64,000 nucleotides of DNA from Anaerolineae bacterium (lineage in GTDB: Bacteria > Chloroflexota > Anaerolineae > Aggregatilineales > Ch27): contig DAOTXK010000268.1 of NCBI GenBank assembly GCA_034435395.1, positions 2,200-66,199 of the forward strand, written 5' to 3'. Every line of letters starts with the position of its first letter. Within the stretch, counting starts at the first letter, position 1. Shown here one piece after another: positions 1 through 9,093 of this stretch. The notes under the pieces were generated by a model, which worked only from the letters and a program-made list of their open reading frames with translations, was not told the origin of the DNA and made no database searches. The position numbers and the translations under genes are program-made.

Positions 1-987
1 ATCGGACACAGCGGATTGATCGAGGGCTTCCTGGATCGTTACGAACTGGATCGCCGGATGCGCCGCTTTGTCCTGGAATGGCTGCCCGCGCTGGGCAGGG
101 GACAGTCAGGGCTCGAACAGGCGTGCGCGGCGCTGGAATCGCGAATGACCGGAATGCCGGAGGGCACGCCTTTTATGCCGCTCGATTCCCTGCCCGACAC
201 AGAGGCCGCTGTGCAGGCTATGTTGCAGGCCGCGCCTCAACGTGGGCCGACGGCAGGGCGTACTCGTGAGGAGATCGTCCAGCGGCTCCTCAGCAAACAA
301 CAACAGGCTCAGCAGTTCCAAAGAGCGAGGGCGGCGCTGAGAGACCTGCAAACACTGCTGGCCCACGCCCCAGACCCCGCCCAACTTCTGAGTTACATCC
401 ATGACGCGCCCATGAGAGCCGTGGCGCAGGAGATCATCGAAACCTTTGAGTTGCTGAGCGCTTACGAGATACCAGCCGAGCGCATCACGTTCGACTTGAC
501 CTTCACGCGCAACCTGGACTATTACACCGGTATTGTTTTTGAATACCGCACCCCACAGGCGGCAGGTCATCAGCTGCTGGCTGGCGGCGGGCGTTACGAT
601 GAACTGATTCGTTTGCTGGGCGCCGCCCGTGATGTCCCTGCTGTGGGCTTCACCATCGATGTCGATCATGTGATGCAGGCGCAGGCCGTCGCCGATAACG
701 CCCCATCTTCGCCCCAAACGCATATCCTGATCCGGGCACAGAAAAACGAGCAGGCCACCAGCCTGATCGCTGCTGCTGCCGCCCTGCGAGACGCCGGGTT
801 CACCGTCACCACAGACCTGCATCCTCAGGATACATCAGATCCGCTGCGTGACAGTCAGCGCTACAGCCACATCCTGACCGCTGAATCCGCTGAGAGCTTC
901 GTCGTTCGGGCCACCAACAGCGACAGGCTGCTCCGCGTCTCCCGCCACGACCTCAACGCGCTCCGACGGGCACTGGAGACCACCTGA
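1..987 (+). CDS. hisZ: ATP phosphoribosyltransferase regulatory subunit (HisRS-like), 5' end cut by window edge
   Basis: Frame is open from base 1. HisRS/HisZ-type motifs NLDYYTGIVFEY and AGGGRYDELI..PAVGF. Stop TGA 985-987 overlaps the hisG ATG at 987 (TGATG). Confidence 0.7.
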   Translation: MGHSGLIEGFLDRYELDRRMRRFVLEWLPALGRGQSGLEQACAALESRMTGMPEGTPFMPLDSLPDTEAAVQAMLQAAPQRGPTAGRTREEIVQRLLSKQQQAQQFQRARAALRDLQTLLAHAPDPAQLLSYIHDAPMRAVAQEIIETFELLSAYEIPAERITFDLTFTRNLDYYTGIVFEYRTPQAAGHQLLAGGGRYDELIRLLGAARDVPAVGFTIDVDHVMQAQAVADNAPSSPQTHILIRAQKNEQATSLIAAAAALRDAGFTVTTDLHPQDTSDPLRDSQRYSHILTAESAESFVVRATNSDRLLRVSRHDLNALRRALETT

Positions 988-2024
988 TGACCGAGCGTGT
1001 GTTATTCGCCCTGCCCAGCAAGGGGCTGCTTGCGGACCCGACCCTCAACTTCCTGCGTTCATGTGACCTGAAGGTCCACAAAGTTAACCCTCGCCAGTAC
1101 ACGGCCGGCATCCCGGCCCTGCCTCAGATCGATGTGCTCTTTCAGCGCGTCGGAGACATCGTGTACAAAATCGCCGACGGGGCCGTCCACCTGGGAATCA
1201 CGGGGCTGGACATCGTGGCGGAACATCCCAGCCACGAGATGATCGTCTTGCACGACAACCTGGGCTACGGGCAGTGCGAGCTGGTGATTGCAGTCCCTGA
1301 AACCTGGATCGACGTGGAGTACATGAGCGACTTGGTGGACATTTCCCTCGACTTCCGCGAGAACAAGCGGCGCAACCTGCGTGTCGCCACCAAGTTCACC
1401 AACCTGACCCGCCGCTTTTTGCACGAGAGAGGCGTGCATCACTTCACGCTGGTCGAATCAGAAGGGGCGCTGGAAGTCGCTCCCACCCTGGGTTACGCCG
1501 ACGTGATCAGCGACCTGACGGCCACCGGCACGACCCTGCGCGAAAACCACTTGAAGCCGCTGATCGATGGCGTGGTGCTGCAATCCCAGGCCTGCCTGAT
1601 CGCCAACCGGACCGCCCTGCAAACCAGCCCCCAGGTCCGTGAGACCGCACGTATCCTGCTTGAGCTGATTGATGCCGCCATCCAGGGACAGGAATACTAC
1701 AGCATCCGGGCCAACGTGCGCGGCGAATCTCCGGCAGCGGTCGCCCGCCTGGTGGCCGGGAACCCGGTCACACGGGGACTACAGGGACCGACGGTCTCGC
1801 CCATCTATGCCGTTAACAGCGACACCCCTGATAATGGAGAGTGGCACACCGTCACCATCGTCGTGCACAGCCGCGATCTGCTGACCGCCATCGCTCACCT
1901 GCGGTCGGTCGGCGGCGTGCAGGCCACGGTGACCCCGGTTCGTTACGTCTTTCTCGGCGAGTCGCCCAGCGATGCGCGGCTGGAATCCATGTTGAATCAG
2001 ACCTCCAGCGCCGATGAGGTTTGA
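987..2024 (+). CDS. hisG: ATP phosphoribosyltransferase, long form with C-terminal regulatory domain
   Basis: 345 aa. N-terminus LFALPSKGLL, catalytic region DLTATGTTLRENHL, C-terminal HisG_C-like segment YYSIRANV..GLQGPTVSPI..WHTVTIVVH. Confidence 0.9.
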   Translation: MTERVLFALPSKGLLADPTLNFLRSCDLKVHKVNPRQYTAGIPALPQIDVLFQRVGDIVYKIADGAVHLGITGLDIVAEHPSHEMIVLHDNLGYGQCELVIAVPETWIDVEYMSDLVDISLDFRENKRRNLRVATKFTNLTRRFLHERGVHHFTLVESEGALEVAPTLGYADVISDLTATGTTLRENHLKPLIDGVVLQSQACLIANRTALQTSPQVRETARILLELIDAAIQGQEYYSIRANVRGESPAAVARLVAGNPVTRGLQGPTVSPIYAVNSDTPDNGEWHTVTIVVHSRDLLTAIAHLRSVGGVQATVTPVRYVFLGESPSDARLESMLNQTSSADEV

Positions 2025-3091
2025 TCGCCCTGGAGCCATTCTGGCAGCCTGGTGATGTCGTCCAGCACCGCGACGCAGCCCGCCTCGAGGAGCGCCTTGC
2101 GACGCGCCTGACGGGCCTTCTCCCCCGCCACCCCACTCAACACACCGACGCAGGGCACGCCGGCTTTACGGGCAGCCAGGGCGTCGCTGGCCGAATCGCC
2201 CACCACCAGGGCGGAAACCGCGTCAGGGGGGTGATGATTTTCCATCAGTTGAGCGGGCGCGACCTCCGGGAACATGGCCCGCCTGATCGAATAGGGATGT
2301 GGCTTGCCAAGCGATGTCCGGCCAAGCGTCCGTTGCCCCTGTTCGACCTCAGTATGGGTGACCACTCGCTCCCGGGAGAAAAGGTCCAGGATGCCCAACG
2401 CCTGTAAGGGGCGCAGGGCTTCCTCCCGTGGCCGTCCGGTGGCCACACCGAGGGTGTGTCCAGACTCCCGCAGCCTGGTCAGCGCGACATGGATGGCCTG
2501 GACAGGCAAGACCGGTCGCTCTGGCAGCGGCTCCGCTCCCCACACCCCCATCAGCAGGCCCTCATACCACAACTGGAAGCGGTCATGGATGTACTGCCAC
2601 CATTGCCCCTCCGGGCGAAAGAGTTCGGGCGACGCTCCGGTGGCCTCACTCGCCCAACGACCGGCGAAGGTGAGCAGGTCCACGCCGCGCCTCTGGCCTG
2701 CCGCCCGCAGGAGATCATGCACCGCTTCCGGACATAATACTGGACGACGGATCGCCGCCCGCGATGCCCTCAGCAGTTCGTCCACGGTTCCCTGACCGCG
2801 ATCAATCCGATTCTCCAGACTGACCAGTATGGCGCAGGAGGCCAGGAAGGTCAGGTCCCAATTCGAGTTGACGGCCCGATTCTTGACATCAAAGATGAGC
2901 GCTGGCGGGAGAATGGCGGCGCGCGCCGCCGGATCGTGAACGGCGGGGACGTACTGCGGTGCGGCTCCCAGGCGCAGGTGTAACAGTTCCCACAGCGTCA
3001 GCCGCGCACACTCCCAGTAGATGTGCTCGGTCGTGATCACGCCGTCCAGATCAAAGATGATCAACTCGTAGCGAGTCCCTGTCCCGCTCAC
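1997..3091 (-). CDS. HAD-superfamily hydrolase (phosphatase-like) with very large cap insertion
   Basis: HAD motifs FDLDGV (I), LGVATG (II), GKPHP (III), VVGDSASD (IV), with about 200 aa between motifs I and II. GTG start at 3091 overlaps the upstream stop (GTGA); alternative ATG at 3118. The 489-aa track ORF extension is rejected. Confidence 0.75.
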   Translation of the reverse strand: MSGTGTRYELIIFDLDGVITTEHIYWECARLTLWELLHLRLGAAPQYVPAVHDPAARAAILPPALIFDVKNRAVNSNWDLTFLASCAILVSLENRIDRGQGTVDELLRASRAAIRRPVLCPEAVHDLLRAAGQRRGVDLLTFAGRWASEATGASPELFRPEGQWWQYIHDRFQLWYEGLLMGVWGAEPLPERPVLPVQAIHVALTRLRESGHTLGVATGRPREEALRPLQALGILDLFSRERVVTHTEVEQGQRTLGRTSLGKPHPYSIRRAMFPEVAPAQLMENHHPPDAVSALVVGDSASDALAARKAGVPCVGVLSGVAGEKARQARRKALLEAGCVAVLDDITRLPEWLQGDQTSSALEV

Positions 3092-4332
3092 AGTGCCGCC
3101 TCCACGTCGTCCAGCCATCGCTCGAACCGGCTGGCGCCATCCCTGGACGGCGCGCCGACCTCGATCACGTGGGCCAATCCCAGCAGCGCTATCGACGGCG
3201 GAAACCGCGTCCCTTCTGCCAGATTCAGGGTTAACAGGGGGCAGCAGGCCAGCGCCGCTTGCAGGTATGACCGCCAGTCGGGTCGCAGCCAGCCCCGGGC
3301 CCGGAGCGCCCGCAGCAGCGGGATCAGCACACGATCGGTCTTGCTTCTCCAAAACATCTCCCGCACCGGATGCAGACCCGGCGGATAGGAGACCACCAGG
3401 CGCTCGCCCTGGAGGGTGAGGGTCGCCCCACGCCCCTGTTGGAACTCGTCGGGGAAATACATCCACATGGCGTGAACGTTGTGGTACAGGGGCTTCACCA
3501 GGTCGAGCAGCGGATCGTGGCGTCCGGCAAACGCCGGGTCAAAGTAGACCAGAACCGGCGGCGGCCCCGCCCGGTAGCGCATAAACAGGTTGCCGTTGTG
3601 GGCGTCGCCATGCCCCACCACCGAAGGCCCCTCGCGGGCCGGTTCCAGCAGCGTCCTGGCGCGGACGATCACCTCGTCCAGCGACTCCCGAAACATCACC
3701 CCGTTGATGCGCCATTGGGCGCGGCGGACCTTCTCCAGGGGAACCGCTCCCAGGCCGGGCAGTTGGATAACTGTGCCAGCGCCGTAGAACTCATCCAACC
3801 GACCGCGCGTCAGGCGGTGATGAAACAACTGGTGTATCGGGGCACGGGCGTGGCTTGAAGCATCCTGCCAGCCCAGCGTCGCCTGATAGATGCGCCACAG
3901 GTTCTCATCCGCTACCTGCTGAGCCTCATGCAAAGCCGCCAGGGTTTCGGCCCCCGTCGTGCCGCGCTCGATAGCCCAGGCCACGTCAAACACCGACTGG
4001 TCTTCCACCACCTCATAGAGCAGCATCTGCTGACCCGGCGTGGTCGAGACGTACACTGGCCGGAGGATCGGATAACCAGCCTGTTCCAGTAGAGCGCTGT
4101 TGTAATACTCGGCGATGACGCTGCCCGGCTCGACATGCGACTTAAAAAACAGGCGCGTGCCATCTGCCAGCGTCAGAAAACCGTTGAATGAATTTAGCGA
4201 CACCGCCAGAGGCCGCAGCGATACCTCCGCCACGTCCAACCCGAAAACATCCCGGATGAACAGGCGGAGCAGATCGTGCGCGGCCTCCCGCTCGGTGAAT
4301 TGCAACCGATGGATCGTTTCCAGGATGGTCAT
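3088..4332 (-). CDS. kinase-like phosphotransferase (APH/choline-kinase/ePK-like fold), substrate unknown
   Basis: Catalytic-loop motif VVGHGDAHNGNLF (HxDxxxxN) and downstream YFDPAF (metal-binding Asp). ATG 4332 overlaps the hisD TGA (ATGA). Confidence 0.7.
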   Translation of the reverse strand: MTILETIHRLQFTEREAAHDLLRLFIRDVFGLDVAEVSLRPLAVSLNSFNGFLTLADGTRLFFKSHVEPGSVIAEYYNSALLEQAGYPILRPVYVSTTPGQQMLLYEVVEDQSVFDVAWAIERGTTGAETLAALHEAQQVADENLWRIYQATLGWQDASSHARAPIHQLFHHRLTRGRLDEFYGAGTVIQLPGLGAVPLEKVRRAQWRINGVMFRESLDEVIVRARTLLEPAREGPSVVGHGDAHNGNLFMRYRAGPPPVLVYFDPAFAGRHDPLLDLVKPLYHNVHAMWMYFPDEFQQGRGATLTLQGERLVVSYPPGLHPVREMFWRSKTDRVLIPLLRALRARGWLRPDWRSYLQAALACCPLLTLNLAEGTRFPPSIALLGLAHVIEVGAPSRDGASRFERWLDDVEAAL

Positions 4333-5636
4333 TGCCACCACGCGTCACGCTGGCGGATGGACAGGGCGTGTGCAGGGAACCCCTCATAATCGGCCAGCGT
4401 CGCCGTCGGATCGCTCAAGGCGGCGTACCCTTCCGCCGACAGGTATCCTACGCCGCTGCTCTTCAGGAAATCGCGCACGCTGACCGCTGAAAACGACCGG
4501 GCGAACGTGCCCGTCGGCAGGATCGCGTTCAGACCCAGGCAGTAATTGCTGATGGGGATGGGCGTGTAGGGACCAAGCAGAATCTCCCCCGCGTTGCGAA
4601 TGCGGTTCAACGTGACAAACGGGTCTTGCGTCATAATCTCCAGATGCTCCGGCGCGTATTCGTTGACGAACTGGATGGACTCGTCCAGGCTGCCGGTGAT
4701 CATGATGCCACCGTAGCCGCCCAGCACCGTCTCCACAAACGCCCGACGCCAGTCCGGCAGCTTGGCGATCAGACCCGGCAGGGTGCGGGCGGCCTCGTCT
4801 GCCACCGGGCGGTTGTGCGTGACCAGCAGCGCCGCCGAATCCGGGCCGTGCTCCGCCTCGACCAGCAGATCCAGTGCGCACAGGCGGGGATCGGCGTGCT
4901 CGTCGGCCAGGATGATCGATTCGCTCGGACCGGCGGGCACGCCAACATCCACCACGCCGTACAGCAGCCGCTTGGCCGCGGACACATAACTGCTGCCAGG
5001 TCCGACGATCTTCGCCACACGCGGGATGGTCTCCGTGCCATAGGCCAGGGCGGCGACGGCCTGCATCCCGCCCACCGCGTACACCTCGGCAACGCCGCTG
5101 ACCTCCGCCGCAAACAACGAGGCGGCGTCCACCGTGCCATCGGGGCCGGGCGGCGTCACCACCACCACCCGCTCCACGCCGGCCACAACGGCAGGAACAG
5201 TCAGCATCAGCATCACCGACGGAAATGATCCTTTCCCCCGGGGCACGTACAGGCCAGCGCTGGCGACCGGCGTCACTTTCTCCCCGGCCATCACGCCGGG
5301 CAGGACCTCCATAAACCACATCGGTTCGGGCATCTGCTCGGCGTGAAAGCGTTTGATGTTATCGTGCGCCACCTGAACCGCCTCGCGCACCTCCGCTGGT
5401 AACGCCTCGCGGGCAGCGGCAAAGGCATCTTGAGGGACTCTGATCATGTCCGCGGTGAAACCCGCTGCATCATACTGGCGTGTGTAATGCACGATAGCGG
5501 CATCGCCCTCGCCCCGAACGTGTTCGATCACCGTTTCCGCCGTCGGCAGCAACGAGGCGATGTCCTGCTCAGCGCGGCGCATGATTCGCGTCAGCTCATC
5601 TTTGGGAACCCTGCTGAGTTCTCGAATCTGTATCAT
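4329..5636 (-). CDS. hisD: histidinol dehydrogenase
   Basis: 435 aa, full-length HisD-like sequence (..TRQYD.., ..GPGSSYVSAAKR.., ..EAEHGPDS.., ..YAPEHLE..). Confidence 0.95.
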   Translation of the reverse strand: MIQIRELSRVPKDELTRIMRRAEQDIASLLPTAETVIEHVRGEGDAAIVHYTRQYDAAGFTADMIRVPQDAFAAAREALPAEVREAVQVAHDNIKRFHAEQMPEPMWFMEVLPGVMAGEKVTPVASAGLYVPRGKGSFPSVMLMLTVPAVVAGVERVVVVTPPGPDGTVDAASLFAAEVSGVAEVYAVGGMQAVAALAYGTETIPRVAKIVGPGSSYVSAAKRLLYGVVDVGVPAGPSESIILADEHADPRLCALDLLVEAEHGPDSAALLVTHNRPVADEAARTLPGLIAKLPDWRRAFVETVLGGYGGIMITGSLDESIQFVNEYAPEHLEIMTQDPFVTLNRIRNAGEILLGPYTPIPISNYCLGLNAILPTGTFARSFSAVSVRDFLKSSGVGYLSAEGYAALSDPTATLADYEGFPAHALSIRQRDAWWQ

Positions 5637-5653
5637 GGCTCACCCACTCCTCG

Positions 5654-5695
5654 CCAAAAGAAAGAGCGCGGGAGGAGTTCATCCCGTCCGCGCTC
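5654..5695 (-). terminator. rho-independent-type hairpin between sqdB and hisD
   Basis: On the minus strand: GAGCGCGG-15 nt loop-CCGCGCTC followed by TTTCTTTTGG. The hisD SD (GAGGAG) and ATG follow within about 20 nt. Confidence 0.5.
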
Positions 5696-5717
5696 AACCA
5701 GTCGCCAAACTCCGGCA

Positions 5718-6920
5718 CTATCGCGCCAGGGCCGTCTCCTCCAGGTATTCGGACTTGCGGTGATGGCCATCCCAGCGAATATCAGGGATCAGCTGATCCC
5801 TATAGCGGGCGATACGATCCCGGTGCGCCGTCAGATCAGACAGCATGATCCCCAGCTCGGTCTCCACGTCGTGTGTGGGCCGGTAGCCCAGATCGAACAG
5901 GTGCTCGTGATCAGGATTGTAGTAATGCTCGTCCATCTCTTTGCGTGGATTTTCGAGGTGACGGACTTCCACATCCAGGCCGAGTTCAATCCCCACTTTC
6001 TGTACCTTGAGCGCCAGTTCAGTCACGCCGTACACTTCTTCGAACTGGTTGAACACCCGGTACTCCCCGGCTTTCGGTGGGTTCTCCACCGCCAGCGTGA
6101 AACACTGCATCGAGTCGCGCAGCGGCAGGAAACCGCGTTTCTGTAACCCACGACCAAACAGCGTGATGGGATGCCCGATGACCGCCGAGCAGCAGAAACG
6201 ATTGACGGCCGTCCCGAATGCCTGGTCGAAGTCCAGGCGCGTGCGCAGGCGCGGATCATCGCCCATCTCGTCGATCTGGGTGCCGAACACCACACCCTGC
6301 ATGATATCCGTCGAGCGCAGCCCCCAGATTTTGCAGGCGAACATGATATTATTCGAATCGTGGACCTTGGTCCAGTGGTAAAAGCTCCCGGCCTGGCGGG
6401 GAAACGGGAGGACATCTTTCCGCCCCCGGTATTCGACCTCAAAGAACCCTTCCGGTATGTCCAGGTTTGGCGTGCCGTACTCGCCCATGGTACCCAGCTT
6501 GACCAGATGCGCATCCGGGCAGGTGTCCCGCATGGCAAACAGGATGTTCAGCGTGCCCATAACGTTGTTCGTCTGAGTCCAGACGGCATGATGAACGTCG
6601 ATCATGGAGTATGGCGCAGAGGGCATCTCACCCAGATGGACGATCGCGTCCGGCTGGAACTCAGCCAGGAAACTGTGCACAAAGTCATAATCAAGCAAGT
6701 CACCTACCCGGAACTCAGGGCGGACGCCGAAGCGATCCTCGAACGCCAGCAATCGCTCCGCCATAGGGTAAATGGGGATGGCGCTGATGCTGCCCATCTC
6801 TTCGACCCACGCCCGGCGATAGAAGTGGTCGAGGCCGGCCACCTCATGGCCGCGGGCGGCCAGATACTGGGCCAGCGACCACCCCAGATAGCCGTCCATG
6901 CCGGCAATCAGTACTCTCAT
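5718..6920 (-). CDS. sqdB: UDP-sulfoquinovose synthase-like NAD-dependent epimerase/dehydratase
   Basis: Rossmann N-terminus MRVLIAGMDGYLGW. SQD1/SqdB-like segment SFYHWTKVHDSNNIMFACKIWGLRSTDIMQGVVFG. About 400 aa. Confidence 0.8.
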   Translation of the reverse strand: MRVLIAGMDGYLGWSLAQYLAARGHEVAGLDHFYRRAWVEEMGSISAIPIYPMAERLLAFEDRFGVRPEFRVGDLLDYDFVHSFLAEFQPDAIVHLGEMPSAPYSMIDVHHAVWTQTNNVMGTLNILFAMRDTCPDAHLVKLGTMGEYGTPNLDIPEGFFEVEYRGRKDVLPFPRQAGSFYHWTKVHDSNNIMFACKIWGLRSTDIMQGVVFGTQIDEMGDDPRLRTRLDFDQAFGTAVNRFCCSAVIGHPITLFGRGLQKRGFLPLRDSMQCFTLAVENPPKAGEYRVFNQFEEVYGVTELALKVQKVGIELGLDVEVRHLENPRKEMDEHYYNPDHEHLFDLGYRPTHDVETELGIMLSDLTAHRDRIARYRDQLIPDIRWDGHHRKSEYLEETALAR

Positions 6921-6992
6921 GTCGTCTCTGCCTTTGCCATCGTCCCGTCGGGAAAACACCATTTGGAAGTCTAACGTGCGTCCAGATGCCTG

Positions 6993-8075
6993 TCAAACAT
7001 GCACCGCTTCGGCAAAGGTTACCCCCTCCACGTAGCCCATCGCGATCAGCAATTCGGCGTTGAGGATCGCGCCGCCCGCCGCGCCCCGCACCGTGTTGTG
7101 CGCCATGGCGATAAATTTGTAGCCGAGCACCGGGCAATCGCGCAGACGACCCACCGCCGCGCTCATCCCCTGGCCGGCGTCCCGATCCCGCCGGGGCTGT
7201 GGCCGATCCGGCGCGTCATGCACGATCAGGGGCCGCTCCGGCGCGCTCGGCAAAGCAGCAACCAGCTTATTCCCCCGGAAGGCCATCCACGCCCGGCGGA
7301 TATCGTCCAGCGACGGTCGCTCATCCAGCGCCACTGACACAGCCACCGTGTGCCCGTCCAATACGGGAACGCGGTTACACTGCGCGCTGATAACCGCATC
7401 CAGAGGAAGGACGTGATCCCCGTTCAACGCGCCGAGCATCTTGCGCGATTCGGCCTCGACTTTCTCCTCCTCCCCAGGAATGTAGGGCACCACATTGTCG
7501 AAGATGTCCAGCGAGGCCACGCCGGGATAGCCCGCCCCGCTGATGGCCTGCATGCTGACCACGCTGACCTGCCGGATGCCAAACGGTCGCAGCGGAGCGA
7601 GAGCCATCACCACCGGGGTCGCCGTGCAGTTCGGGCTGGTCACCAGTGCGCCGCCCCCCCAACCCCGGTTACGCCGCTGGGCCGAGATCAGGCCAACGTG
7701 ATCGGCGTTGACCTCCGGGATCAGCAACGGCACATCCCCGGCCATACGGTGTGACTTGACGTTGGAACAGACCACGTGACCGGCCCCCGCCAGCTCAAGC
7801 TCGCGCGCGGTCGCAATCTCCGCTGGCAGGGCTGAGAAGACCAGCGGCGTATCCGGGTCGGCGTCCAGCGGCAGCACCGTCAGGTCCGCCACATCCGCCG
7901 GGGGCATCCCGCTCAGCACCCAGTTGGCGGCTTCCCGATAGGGCTTGCCCGCGCTGCGGTCGGAGGCCACCACTGCCGCCACCCGCATCCAGGGGTGATT
8001 CTCCAGCAACTGGATGAACCTCTGGCCGACAGCGCCTGTCGCCCCGAAAATCGCCACGTCGATTGGTTGATTCAT
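6993..8075 (-). CDS. asd: aspartate-semialdehyde dehydrogenase
   Basis: VAIFGATGAVGQ NAD(P) motif, active-site region SPNCTATP, about 360 aa. ATG 8075 is preceded by GAGGAAG; alternative TTG at 8090 overlaps the pheA stop. Confidence 0.9.
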   Translation of the reverse strand: MNQPIDVAIFGATGAVGQRFIQLLENHPWMRVAAVVASDRSAGKPYREAANWVLSGMPPADVADLTVLPLDADPDTPLVFSALPAEIATARELELAGAGHVVCSNVKSHRMAGDVPLLIPEVNADHVGLISAQRRNRGWGGGALVTSPNCTATPVVMALAPLRPFGIRQVSVVSMQAISGAGYPGVASLDIFDNVVPYIPGEEEKVEAESRKMLGALNGDHVLPLDAVISAQCNRVPVLDGHTVAVSVALDERPSLDDIRRAWMAFRGNKLVAALPSAPERPLIVHDAPDRPQPRRDRDAGQGMSAAVGRLRDCPVLGYKFIAMAHNTVRGAAGGAILNAELLIAMGYVEGVTFAEAVHV

Positions 8076-8086
8076 AGCTGTCTTCC

Positions 8087-8929
8087 TCAACTCTCGTCTT
8101 CAGCGGTCGGCGACTCGGCGGCCGGATACGACCCCAGCATCTTAACAAATGAGGCGCGCCGCAGCAGGGCAATCAGCGCCGACTCACACACCTCGTCCTG
8201 CCAGTGCCCCTCAAAATCGAGGTAAAAAATGTACTCCCAGGGGCGGTTGCGGCGCGGGCGCGACTCGATCTTGGTCAGGTTGATGCCGCGCTCAGCAAAC
8301 TCCCCCAGGCATTCATAAAGCGCTGCCGGACGGTGACGGGTCGCGAAGACGAGCGATGTTTTGTTGTGCGCTGCCCGTGGCGGATCGTCAATCCCCAGGA
8401 TGAAAAAACGGGTGTAGTTGTAGGGCACATCCTCAATATTCGGCTCGATGACATCCAGCTTATACAGTTCCGCCGCCAGCGCGCTGGCAACCGCCCCGAC
8501 ACCGGGGACGGGTGCAGCGGCCAGATCACGGGCCGCGCCCGCTGTGTCGTACCAGGGCTCGGTTTCCAGGCCGTGCCGCCGCAGGAATTGCTCGCACTGG
8601 GCCAGCGCCTGGGGATGAGACCGGACACGCGCCAGGTCGGCCAGTTTCGTGCCCGGCGGAACCAGCAGCGCATGCCGCACGTGCAGAATGACTTCCGCCT
8701 GGACGCGAATATCGTGCTCCATCATCAACTCGTAAGACTGCGCGACAGTGCCCGCCAGCGCGTTCTCAACCGGCAAGATGGCATGCTCGGCCTGCTGTGA
8801 TTCGATAGCCTCGAACAGCTCGCCCAGCGTGCGGCATGGCAGGACTTCCACCGTATCACCATAATGCTGGCGAATGGCCTGTTCTGAATAGGCACCGTGA
8901 ATCCCCTGGAAAGCAACGCGCTCAGCCAC
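8087..8929 (-). CDS. pheA: prephenate dehydratase
   Basis: [15 protein letters not shown]-terminus, TRFFILG and ESRP motifs with a C-terminal ACT-like region. GTG start is preceded by AGGAGGGG. Confidence 0.9.
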   Translation of the reverse strand: MAERVAFQGIHGAYSEQAIRQHYGDTVEVLPCRTLGELFEAIESQQAEHAILPVENALAGTVAQSYELMMEHDIRVQAEVILHVRHALLVPPGTKLADLARVRSHPQALAQCEQFLRRHGLETEPWYDTAGAARDLAAAPVPGVGAVASALAAELYKLDVIEPNIEDVPYNYTRFFILGIDDPPRAAHNKTSLVFATRHRPAALYECLGEFAERGINLTKIESRPRRNRPWEYIFYLDFEGHWQDEVCESALIALLRRASFVKMLGSYPAAESPTAEDES

Positions 8930-9057
8930 CTGCCCCCTCCTGCCTGAGATGCCGCCATGCTAACATACTGAGCCGAGGCCCACCAAGTGCATTGAGCATC
9001 AGGCGATTTGTTCACTTTGACTAAGGAGATGAGTCAATTTGCCTGTCAAATTGTCCG

Positions 9058-9087
9058 TTGACAGGGCCCCCTGCCGTGGCGTATCAT
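9058..9087 (+). promoter_or_regulatory. sigma70-type promoter candidate for the arg leader/argGH
   Basis: TTGACA (9058-9063), 18 nt spacer, TATCAT (9082-9087). The -35 sits inside the inverted repeat CCTGTCAA-N8-TTGACAGG. Confidence 0.45.
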
Positions 9088-9093
9088 GCGGCC

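Noticed and set aside
3092-3466. N-terminal 125-residue extension of the HAD ORF (track ORF 1997-3466).
   Set aside because: The extension overlaps the 3' end of the kinase-like gene in another frame and is Gly/Pro/Ala/Arg-rich. The HAD motif I lies just after an internal GTG/ATG that overlaps the upstream stop (GTGA), which is a far more plausible start.
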